Shown: positions 47,547 to 59,474 of the stretch, one piece after another
Layout of the letters: every line of letters begins with the position of its first letter
Numbering within the stretch: the stretch's first letter is position 1
Assembly: GCF_009914755.1 (NCBI RefSeq)
Contig: NC_060926.1
DNA: 64,000 nucleotides
Direction: 5' to 3' (one strand)
From: the human T2T-CHM13v2.0 reference genome, Homo sapiens
Position numbers and translations under genes: made by a program
The notes under the pieces: model-generated
The model's input: the letters and a program-made list of their open reading frames with translations, nothing else
Databases searched by the model: none
What the model was told of the DNA's origin: nothing

Positions 47547-48206
47547 CTCATTTTTTTGTGTCTGCAGAGAATAATACACAGCTCAGAGGTATACGTTTTC
47601 TCTTAGTAATGGAAATGTTGATCCATCAAAGGAATTGATTAGGTTGACAACTGTACATTTGATAGATCAGCAGTAAATGTGAAGGATTACATTTATTATC
47701 CATGTTTTATCTGGTGGACAGTGTCTTATTTCCACTTAGTTTTCTGGACAAATAAAAATCCTGTGGCAAGCATATCAGTCTTTAAAACTATAAAAAGCTA
47801 GGAAAAATGTTTTATTATTAGTATAAGTTGTATTTTTCAAGTACGAGAAAAAGATTCTAGGGAAAAATAGCCATAAATTTTAGTGATTTGTATTTACTGT
47901 TTGACATTCATTTTGAGCCTGTTTTCCTCTTGGTCACTTACAAATGAAAGCAAGTATTAATTTGCAAGGCAATAATAATTTAATAACATTGTAGACTTGC
48001 AAACAGAATACATGGCATCTAATTGTAATTTCATTTGGGAAGTTATTGAGGCTATCATTAGGTTTTACATATACAAATATACTATAGCAAAACATTTTCA
48101 GAATTAAGGTCCTTTGAAAAATAAACCAATTATCATTTTTAAATTAAACCAGGAGAATTTTTTTTCCCTTGCAAGTGTGTATTTAGACATGATAATTTTT
48201 CTGTCA

Positions 48207-48498
48207 GGTGAGGTGTGGAGGCTCACGCCTGTAATCCCAGCACTTTGAGAGTACAAGGCGGGAGGATTGTTTGAGCCCAGAAGTTTGAGACCAGTCTGGG
48301 AAACATGTGAGACCCCACCTTTACCAAAAGTTTAAAAAAAAAAGAATGGGGTATGGTGGCACGCACCTGTTGTCCTAGCTACTTGGAAGGCTTAGGCAGG
48401 AGGATTGCTTGAGCTCAGGAGTTTGAGGCTACAGTGAACTATGATCCCACCACTGTACTCCAGCTTGGATGACAGAGCAAGACCCTGTCTCTAAAAAA
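48207..48498 (+). mobile_element. Alu (AluJ-like)
   Basis: gctcacgcctgtaatcccagcactttg...gagcaagaccctgtctct. Confidence 0.93.
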
Positions 48499-48716
48499 GG
48501 TGGGAAGATCACCTGAGGCCAGGAGTTCGAGACCAGCTTGGGCAACATAATGAGACCACATCTCTATTTAAAAAGTAAATTTTAAAAATAAAAAAATATA
48601 AAATTTGGTAACTCTTTCTGCTTTGGTATTATTTTCGATTCCACATCGTCTGGTAAATACTGTGGTGGTGTTTGTATGTTTTCTCACCTTCCACCCCTCT
48701 GAAATTATGGATCAAA
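48499..48716 (+). repeat. Local direct duplication of 49706-49932 embedded in the Alu A tail
   Basis: Partial FLAM plus about 120 bp of unique flank (tttctgctttggt..ttattttc..attccacatc..tctggtaaata...tctgaaattatggatcaaa) present twice. Confidence 0.92.
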
Positions 48717-49603
48717 ACAAATTATGGATCAAAAACAAAAACAAAAAAATTCTTTCAAGTATTATTCATAACACACTGAAATCATATTCTGGTTGGTTTA
48801 TGATCTATGGGAGAATAAACATCTTTCAAACAGAGGTATTTTAAATTATGGTAACTACTTTCAGTGCTAGGCCCCATGAAGCCTGGGAGAAAGCACAATG
48901 TTCATCCAGTAAGCTATGAAACCTCGTTTCATTTCTTTTACACAAACAGTGAGTAGGCAGGGGCTCTATTTTCTACTTATCTTCACAATACTTAATTTTT
49001 TATCTTAGAATAATTTTGATTAATTATAATCATATACATGCATTTCAATAACAGGCTTTTTTTTTCATTTTAGTCAATATTTTTATTTTTTGAATTGTGC
49101 TATTTGGCATAATGGTGAAATTTTGAATTTCTTTAAAACTGTTTGGAAAATAATTTTTTTTCCATTATTTCATTGGCAAGCTTCTCTGAATTACAGACCA
49201 AATAATTATTGTATTTGATAATTTTCTTTTTGCCTCCTTTTGCTTTGCATTAGTGGTATGTGTACTTGTATTATTCTCCCATCATAGATTTTGTGCCTCC
49301 AGAAGCCCAATATTATTTTCTTGGTTTGTCTTTGTATCCCTTCTAGTACCTTGTAAGTGTGTATTAATGCTTGTTATAATCAATTGAACAAAACCACTTT
49401 ATCCCCTGTAAATTCAAACTATAGTACCACAATTTGTAAGCCTAATGCTTAAACCATAGCTTGCAGGTTTAAGCAATACATATTATATATATACACACAC
49501 ATAAATATGATATACATATATATTATCCTTAGGATTTGAATTGAATGGATGCTAACCTGGTACTATTTTATACATTTTTGAATTTTCAAATATTCTAAAA
49601 TTA

Positions 49604-49843
<240 letters not shown>

Positions 49844-50154
49844 TTATTTTCAATTCCACATCATCTGGTAAATATGATGGTAGTGTTTGTATGTTTTCTC
49901 ACCCTCCACCCCCTCTGAAATTATGGATCAAATTTTGAAAGGATTAAATCTGCTTATTCAAGAGAGATTTTACATCCATACCCTGTCAGAGAGTCAGAGA
50001 GGAAGTCTAGAATTCCCCTCTTTCTTTATTCTGTTCTATCCCTTTACATCCTCCTCCGCTTATCTCAGCAGTACGTGTTAGGCTTTTAGGAAAAAGAGAA
50101 CCATAGGATTTCAGAATTGGAAGAGATAGAAGAAGTTATTAGATTATAGATTTC

Positions 50155-50462
50155 TAGCACAATTTCTAGTGCTCCTGGGGCCACGCAACACTACAATTCA
50201 TGGACTTGCTGTGGCTTCTGATGTCTTAGAGAGCACAATCCCTGTCTAAAGAGGATGAGCAGTAAAGACTCAGCTCCAGCTAATTGTTGCCAAGGGAGAA
50301 TGTAGGCCAGATCTACCAATGTTTAAAAGAGAATCCAGAAATGGGCTTTTATATAAACATTCTAATTTTTAAATGTTGGCCACAGATGCATACAAAAAAG
50401 CACTGCCGGTCAAATAAAACATATCTGCAGGACAAAATTAGCCAATGAGATAACAGTTTCCC
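50155..50462. mobile_element. hAT-Charlie MITE (MER102-like) within a MIR
   Basis: ctcagctccagctaattgttgcc, taatttttaaatgttggc, caaataaaacatatctgcagg. MIR core tttcacagatgaaggaact resumes at about 50487. Confidence 0.55.
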
Positions 50463-51096
50463 AAGAATGGTTAGACCAAACTCTTATTTCACAGATGAAG
50501 GAACTAAAGTTCAAACTGACATAAAAGCTTGCCTAAAATCATCCTGGATATCAAACAAACATTTCAGTGCTCTTCAATCTTAGATGTTTGTGATTTGATG
50601 TAGCTATTTCCTTAACAAGTCAGGAGGGAAGTTTGAAAGCACATCCTGTGTGAGGATGAAGTGTCTGGGAGTTGTTTCACAGCTTTGATCATGTAATGAA
50701 AGCATTTGTGTTTATGGGTCAGGAAGTGACAAGAAGGTTTTGTTTGAGTAGGTGGTAAGGTCTGACACCTGAGAGGCAGGCAGTGTAATAATATCTAATT
50801 GCAATACAATATTCAGCTTTCAGGTAGGGTTTTGCTAATGGAAGAGAATCGGTATATTCTGTATTTCTTCTACCAGATTATTATCTGATGAATGCCTTAG
50901 AGACTACCCGTAATTCAGAGAGAGAGAGAAAATTACATAAGCAAATTGCAAGAATAATCTCTTTCCTTGTGCTTATATTATTACATTGCATTTTGCTTTC
51001 TGCATTTAAAGCACCCTTTTTCTAAAGACTCAAGAAACTTTTAATAGACCTTTGTTAGTATAAACCAGATCATTCTTATGAGAAGTAAACTTCCTA

Positions 51097-53464
51097 TAGG
51101 CATACTTCATTTTATTGTGCTTCATTTCTATTGCATTTTTTAACAAATTGAAGGTTTGTGGTAACAAATAGCATATGCTCACTTTGGGTCTCTGTGTCAC
51201 ATTTTGGTGTTTCTGGCAATATTTAGGCTCTTTCATTATTACTATATCGGTTATGGTGATCTGTGGCCGTTGATCTATGAAGTTACTATTGTAATTGTTT
51301 TGGACACCACAAACCATGCCCATGGAAGACAGCAAAGTGAATCCAGAAAGGTGTGTGTTTTTACTGCCCCACTGACTGGCCCTTCTCCCATCTCTCTTCC
51401 TCTCTTCAGCCTCCCTGTTCTCTGAGACACAATAATGTTGAAATGAGGCCACAGTGGCTTATAAGTGTTCAAGTGAAAGGAAGAGTTGCATGTCTCTTAC
51501 TCTAAATCAAAAGCTAGAAAAGATGAAGCTTAGTGAAGATGGCAGTGTGGAAAGCCAAGATAGGCCAAAAGCTAGGCCTGTTGTGCCAAGCAGTTAGCCA
51601 AGTTGTGAACGCAAAGGAAAAGTTCCTGAAGGTAATTAAAAGTACTACTCCAGCGAGCACATGAATAATAACGAAGCGAATAAATAAATACAAAGCGAAA
51701 CAGCTTTATTGCTGATACGGAGGAAGTTGTAGTTGTCTAGATAGAAGATAAAACAGCCACAACATTCCCTTAAGCCAAAGCCTAAACTGGAACAAGGCCC
51801 TAAGTCTCTTCAATTCTGTGAAGGCTGAGAGAGGCGAGGAAGCTGCAGAAGAAAAGTTGGAAGCTAGCAGAAGTGGGTTCATGAGGTTTAAGGAAAGAAG
51901 CTGTCTCTATACCATAGAAATGCAAGGGGAAGCAGCAAGTGTTGATGGAGGAGCTTCAGCAAGTTATCCAGAAGATCTAGCTAAGACCATTGATGAAGGT
52001 GGCTACACTAAACAACAGATTTTCAATGTAGATGAAACAGCCTTCTGTTGGAAGAAGATGCCATCTAGGACTTTCACAGCCAGAGAGAAGTCAATGCCTG
52101 GCTTCAAATCTTCAAAGGACAGGTTGACTCTCTTACTAGGAGTTAGTATAGCTGGTGACTTTAAGATGAAATTAGTACTCATTTGTCATTCCCCAAACCT
52201 AGGGCCCTTAATAATTATACTAAATTTACTCTACCCAGACTCTATAATTGGGACAACAAAGCCTGAATGACAACACATCTGTTTACACATGTTTTACTGA
52301 ATATTTTAGGCTCATATTGAGACCTACTGCTCAGAAAAAAAAGATCTCTTTCAAATATTACTGCTTATTATCAATGCACATAGTCACTCAAGAGCTCTGA
52401 TGGAGATGAACAAGATTAATGTTGTTTCATGCCTGCTAACACAACATACATTCTGCAGCTCATGACTCAAGAAGTAATTTTGACATTCAAGTGTTACTCT
52501 TAAGGAAACACAGTTTGTAAGGCTACAGCTGCCATAAATAGTGATTCCTCTAATGGAACTGGGGTAAACAAATTGAAAGTCTTCAGGAAAAAATTTCACC
52601 ATTCTACAGACCATTAAGAACATTTGTGATTCGTGGGAGGAGGTCAAAATATCAACATTAATGGGAGTCTGGAACAAGGAGATTCCAAACTTTGAGAGGC
52701 AACTTTAGATCAATAGATGACTTTAAGGGGTTCAAGACTTCAGTGGAGGAAGTAACTGCAGATGTACTGGAGATAGGAAAAGAACTAGATTTAGAGGCGG
52801 AGCCTAAAGTGTGACTATATTGTTGCAATCTCATGATATAACTTGAACGGATGAGGAGCTGCTTCTTATGGATGAGCAAAGAAAGTGGTTTTCTGAGATG
52901 GAGACTACTCCTGATGCAGATGCTGTGAATACTGTTGAAATGACAACAAATGACTTGAAATATTACAGAAACTTAGTTTGTAAAGCGGTGGCAAATTTGA
53001 GATGATTGACTCCAAATTTGAGAGAAGTTCCACTGTGGGCAATGCTATAAAATAGCATCACATTTGATAGCACTGCAGAGAAGAGAATAGCTTATCAAGG
53101 TGGCAAACTTCAATGTTTTCTTGTCATAAGAAATTGCCACAGCCACCAAAACCTTACCCCACCACCACCCTCATCAGTCAGCAGTCACCAACATTGAAGC
53201 AAGACCTTCTACCAGCAAAAAGTTTAAGACTTGCTGAAGGCTTAGATAATCATAAGCATTTTTTTTAGCAAGAAAGTATTTTCAATTAAGATATGTACAT
53301 TGATTTTGTAGACATAATGCTATTGCATATTTAATAGACTATAGTGAGGTATAGATGTAGCTTTTATATGCATTGAGAAACAAATTCATGTGACTTGCCT
53401 TATTGTGATATTTGCTTTATAGCAGCAGTCTGGAACAGAACACACAGTATCTCTGAAGTGTCTG
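51097..53464 (+). mobile_element. Near full-length Tigger1 (TcMar-pogo) with disrupted transposase
   Basis: Termini (c/t)aggcatacttc ... gaagtgtctg flanked by TA. 2.37 kb. ORF 51818-52270 contains [19 protein letters not shown], the first catalytic Asp of the pogo DDE domain. The rest has frameshifts and stops. Confidence 0.95.
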
Positions 53465-55399
53465 TATTTCCTCAGTTAATGTTTTGGCCACTGATGAGAT
53501 TTTATATTCCGATGATCCAGCAGGCATCGCTCCTTGTTTCAGAAACTACACAAAATTGGAAACAGAATCAACCAGGCAAAAGATGACTAAAATCTGCAGA
53601 GGGAAGTATGGCTGGTAAGATTAGAGAGGACCTAAACCATACAATATATCACAAGGTGCACTTCAAGGGTGTAATTAAGATGACTCTCTACATAGGTGAT
53701 TCTTAGCCCAGATCATCTAGGAAACTGAAACAAATACCAGTGCTCAATCAATGGCCAGAGATTTCTACTGAATTACTCTGGGAGGTGGGCACACAGACAT
53801 CTTAGCCAGTTTATCTCCACATAGTGGTAATAACACATGATGAAAATATGGTGGAAATAGTAATAGGTCCAGAAGTGGACTAAGTCCTCCTCTAAATCCC
53901 CACACCAGGCCCTGTAATGCATTCCAGGATATCCAGAATCAAGATCTCATGAAGAACAACCAATCCATCTCAGTCCCATATTGCCATGCTGACAACTGAA
54001 GAGGGAATCTATAAAGCCTTAGCTAATTGCATTCTAAGTGCCAAAGATGGTTTAGTTCATAACCATCATCCAGGTGTCAATTTTCCTTGTTCTGTGGCAG
54101 GGCTGCTAGGTAAAGTGGCCTGGGTCTCTAAAACTAAAGATTCTTCAATTTTCTCAAAGCTCAGATGTAAGAAGTAGAGGAGATAGGAGCATTGATGGAA
54201 CCAGGAACCACTTGCTGGACATGCTGAAAAAGATGGTCAGAGTAGAGCCTAGTATAAGATCATTCCAGAGACAACACCAGAATTTGTACATGGTGGGAAT
54301 GGGAATAGTCCTTCAAAAACTGTCTTAATGTTATAATTGCATAGCAAAAAACACTCCCTAGACAAAGCTTTTTTTGCAATACAAGAAATTATGGAGGCAT
54401 GAGAGGCTGATACAGATTATGGGGTAAACCACACATCTGAGCCCTCTATTTGTGATGCCTTGTGATGGCTTCAGAATTGGCTTTCTGTAAATGCAATGCT
54501 TGAACCCAAAGGTCAGCAACAGAGGGAAAGGATGGATCCTCTAGTATGGTCACTGCCACAAGCCTTGAAGTGATGCTTTTGGGATAAACAGCAGTCGTCT
54601 AACCAGAGGGTTATAGTTCTTAGAGTTTATTTCTTTATGTTTACCAACACAATCACCCCTCAAGGTGTTGGGTTAGTATTGTTTTCAGAAAGTGCCACCT
54701 CATGGACTCAGAATCCTCATCCTCTACTTTTTCCTCATTGTCTACTTTGATAGCTAATTTTTTGACCCTGAAAGCATCAAAATTTTTATTATCCTTATCT
54801 ACAGGACAACTTGCCATGTACTTGCTCCTCCAAGGGAGACTAACTCCAGGGATTCCATGGTAATTTTCTGTCTTAATATTTAGAGTTGCCACTTATCACT
54901 CTAAAGTTAAGAGAAAATATGGATACATAGATTTATTTACATTTGAGTTCTGAGCAATTCCATAATTTGCATTTAATCCCCTGAGCACCTTCAGATAGAG
55001 GTTTACATACACAGTAGGGATAATTAACTTTTATAAATGTAGATGCTTTAATATTTAAACTTAAAAGAATACATCTAATGAGGACAACACTTTAAATCAG
55101 TGTTTCCCAAACTGTTCTGCAGAACTGGGAACAAACAGTATGCCACACACACATAACAAACAGTTAACACACACATGCACACAGGATTTACTGGTGTGGG
55201 AAATGCTGTCTTAAACAAATGTAAACTGGCTTATTTACTCTAAGATTGCAAAAGTTTGTGCTAATTAACATTAGGAGGATATATTTTAACACACTTTTCA
55301 AATGTATTCAACCAATCAATCCATTTTGAATGATCATGAGATGAGACTAGTGTTTTTTAAAAAGAACTTCAGAAAATGTGTTCAACATAACGAACTGGG

Positions 55400-55600
55400 A
55401 AGCCACGAACTTCTGAATCCCAGACACAGTTCTCATTCCAACTCCATCACTTTCCCAGCTGCATGACCATAGTCAAACCACTTGATTTCTTGAGTAGAAA
55501 CAGGATAAATAAAATCTGTCTCACAAAGTTGCTCAGAGATTAAAAGAGATGAATTATGTAAAGACCTTGGAACACAGAGGTCCTCAAGATATTAATAAAT
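55400..55600 (+). mobile_element. MIR
   Basis: cactttcccagctgcatgaccatagtcaaaccacttg...agattaaaagagatgaattatgtaaag. Confidence 0.65.
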
Positions 55601-55689
55601 CTGTATTCCCTCCCTCCCTTTACTTCCTAGTCTCGTCATGCACATGCATGTGTATTTATTACTCTAATCAGGTTTCCCATATGGATCTT

Positions 55690-56230
55690 GTTCTTATTTC
55701 ACTTAATAATTTACTGTGAATATGCATCTGTATGGACAAAGTGCATATGACTTAATAAACCAGCTAGTATCCCATGGTATCAAACATGAGTTTCACTGGA
55801 CAATCGCTTATTATTGGACATTTGAATTCTTTTCAAATTTTCCTTTTTTTAAACAGCTTTGTACGAACAGCTTGGAACAAATTACTTGTTTGCTTTAAGA
55901 TTATCTTCTGGGAATACATTCCCCAAAGTGAAATTACTAGGTCAAAGGAAAAAAAAACATTATATAGCTTTTTGTTACAAATAGCTTTGCAGAAAATTTG
56001 AATCAATTTACAATGGCATTTAAAATATATGCCTACCTTTTTACCGTAACCTGTCACCAATGGATTCTTATAGCTTTTGCTCATTTAATGGATATGTAAT
56101 GATATCTTAACTTTTTCTTAAGGCAATTTTATTAATTCTGTGGATTTTTTAGTATGCTACTTTAATATCTTATTTTTGTATGTTCAACCTGTTTCTTTTA
56201 CTCCTTTGGTATTTATTGACTACCATCTGA
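55690..56230 (-). mobile_element. Old L1ME-like 3' fragment
   Basis: tattggacatttgaattcttttcaaattttcc, aatacattccccaaagtgaaattactaggtcaaagg. Confidence 0.6.
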
Positions 56231-57673
56231 ATTTTATGACTATGGAACCTACAGACAACCTTATGCTTTAGGGCAAATATTGTAACATATAATAACTGCT
56301 TCTTTAGGACAACTAGCAAGCTTTGTCATGTGACTCCCATCCTTCTCTGTCCCACCACTTCCCCTTGCCCATCCCACTCTCTGAGGTTGATAGAGCTTCA
56401 TGGATCTTACATTTTTTTAGTACAAGAATGATACTACAGAATATCCAGTGCTTAAATCTCTGTTATGGCTGGCCAAGAGTGTTTGTGATGTCAAAATTTC
56501 TTTTAAAATCCAGAAGAGTCATGATCCCCAAACTTACATCAATAATTCACAACTATGGGTATGCTGTTAAATGAAACTCTGATAATTTAAACATTAACAT
56601 GGAGAGGGACTACACTAAATTCTGTAAGATAATTCCAAAGGACTATCTATTTCCACATATTGTCAAGCTCTGCCTATGGTATGTTTTCCCCATTTCCGAG
56701 GCAACTTGACTTCTACCTGCCCTATTCTTTAGGAGCAATCCTGACTGTAGACAACAGGTTCCATTTCATAGCTAAGTTACTGGTCTTACTCATCCAGTCT
56801 TGATCTGTAATTTCAGTATTGATTATTAGTCTATCTGCCTGAAACCAAAAGATTAAGGGCCCCTATTTGCCCCTCTCAGGAATAGTTGACTATTCCTCAA
56901 AACTGAAGCGTATTAGTGGGGATAGTGTTGGTCTTTAACCTGTTGGCTGACTATAGATACTGACTTCCTAACTCTCTTAAGCCTTAGCAACTATGATGTT
57001 ACCTTATTATTTACTAACAGATGAAAAGCTAGGTGAATCATAATCCAAAATCTGAGGCTCTACCATTGTTTTCCAGAGAAAAAAGTGTGTGTTATTTACA
57101 TGGCACACAGAAAAGCTCTCTCTTGCCAAGGTGCACAAAATAAGGACTCTCATATGCATATGCACAGCTCAAATACTGCCTTCTTTAGGTTGGGGAAACA
57201 TGCATGCTTTGTAAAGGAACAGGCATGTTAAGGACTGTATACTGAAAGAAAAGAGGCAAGAGAAAGAACAATGATGGTAATAACCAGCAATCATTTGCAG
57301 AAACACTTCACTAGATGTCACCCCGCACTGAAGTCAAGATTAATGTTTTTCTGACAGAACACTAGCAGGAAGGTGCTGTTTCCTGCCAAAGACTCTTACT
57401 TCTCTCTGAGCTTAAATTGGTGGAATATCTGTGTGCAGAAAATGATTCCAAGTCATAAAGCTAACTTTTGGCTTTAAGAAAAGGATTTCAATGTTCATGA
57501 AGTTTTGACATTTGAGCAATGATGTATTATGCTAAATTATTAAGTAATTTTATATAATGCATACTTATTATATAAAACTTTGAAAATGCAAATAGGCATA
57601 AGGAAATTTTTAAAAATTACCTTATCTCCATAAATAAAATTTTCAACATTTCAATATATTCTTCTAGAACTTT

Positions 57674-57677
<4 letters not shown>

Positions 57678-57704
<27 letters not shown>
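57678..57704. repeat. (CA)n
   Basis: Seen directly. Confidence 0.95.
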
Positions 57705-57708
<4 letters not shown>

Positions 57709-58304
57709 TTAACTTATATGTACTCTTTCAATGTCAATAAATAGGTTTTTACTGTGAATATACAATGCCATTTACATGGCACAATAGTGTTCTAGTATTT
57801 GTTCACCAGTTTCATACAATTATTGATCCTAGAAGCTTGAGATTCTACTGTGTTGAAAAAAGATGTGAGCCTTAATGCACTTTACTCATGTGTTTTATAT
57901 TGATGTGTATGGCATCATCAAGTCTTACTTCAACCATTTTAGCATTTTCCTTTGAAGTTATCATGCAGATCTTAAAAACAATCTGATAGTAAGCTGTCTA
58001 TATCCACGTACTTAATTTAAAAAATCTCTTGTTTACTACTAAGATTTTAATTCTAGGGAAGAAAAATGCTTGCTTGGGGTGAGTGAGCATTCACTCTGAG
58101 GAAGCAAGATATGACCCTGGATCTTATCTGACTGTAGGTGGGACTGGTCAGTGGGGGAAATCTATGGACAGGTTTTGTGTGTATGTCTTTTACTGGGAAA
58201 AGACTCATTCTACATGGTTTTTCAAAGGGATTAGTGAAATATTTTTAAGAGCCAGATGTTTCTGTGTTAAATTCCTAATGGGGTTAATTCACACAAATTA
58301 CCGA

Positions 58305-58400
58305 ATTTCTCTGATCTCATTTTCCCACCTGTAAATGTGAGGTCATAATACCTATCTTGAAGTGTCATTGGAATTAAATGAGCTCATGCCTTTAAAGTTC
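58305..58400 (+). mobile_element. MIR core
   Basis: ctctgatctcattttcccacctgtaaatgtgaggtcataatacctatc...aattaaatgag. Confidence 0.7.
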
Positions 58401-59354
58401 TTGTTCATAAATGCACCAGGAGTTTATTTCTTATTCTATAAATGCATCTTTCCCTTTTTCAGAAATATAATTCATGATCACTCCCATCAGTTGAGTGAAT
58501 GAGTAAATAATACACGATTAACTCTGGAAAATGCTTAAACATATTTTATCTAACTGCACAGCAATGAGTAAACAATACTGCTGCTGTTATTTCTATGTGG
58601 CTTTTATCAATATGCTTTTGATCTGTTTGCTATAAGCACTATACATCCTTATGATTTTTCTCTTTCTCTGACATTTTTTCCCTCTGTCTTTTAATTCTTT
58701 CCTACTTGGCAACCTAATGAAATCATTAAGACCATCATGAAATAGGCCCTATTGGGTTATAAATATATCATTTCCATTTCTATTGATATTTGCCATGCGT
58801 TTGTGGAATCCGTTGTTTGGGTTTTGAAAGAAAATAATGAGGTGATCACTCTGACAGCTCACCCTCCACACTGTACGATTGCTTGAGTAACGATAGGAAA
58901 GTGGTTGCTTTTCTTTGACAAAGCTTTTTTTATTATCTGGCCCAGTTCAGCCTCATAGCTTTAGTTGCAACTACTCAGAAACTGAAGGAATAAAGTAAGA
59001 AAACTTCCTCTATCCCTTCTCACTAGAACACGCATACATCTTTTTAATATTTTCCCAGAGTGGATATTGTGTTTAAGGAATGCTGTATTGATCTTTTGTA
59101 GTATCTTTATCAGAAATAGTCTCTTTCGCAGGCATGCTATTAAATAGAAAACACACCACTGATCTTGACTTAGCACAGAAATAAATGAATAAAATGTGTG
59201 TGCTTGGGGATGGGGTATGTACATGTACTTGATTTTATGTATATAAAATTCAATTGCTTCTCAAAATTTATCCACCTTATAAAAATAATAAGGGAAAAAA
59301 CTCGGCGAGGTGGGAATTGGCTAATCTCTATTTGCCAGCCTTGCTATTATACAA

Positions 59355-59474
59355 TTCCTTCCTTCCTTCCTTCCTTCCTTCCTTCCTTCCTTTCCTTCCT
59401 TCCTTCCTTTCTTTCTTCCTTCTCCCCCACCCTCCCCCCATTCCTTTCTTTCCTTCTTTCTTACTTTTCCCCCC
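59355..59474. repeat. (TTCC)n / polypyrimidine tract
   Basis: Seen directly. Confidence 0.95.

Noticed and set aside
54653-54892. 79-aa minus-strand ORF with an acidic patch as a processed pseudogene
   Set aside because: No recognisable homologue, poly-A tail or TSD, and a non-ATG start.
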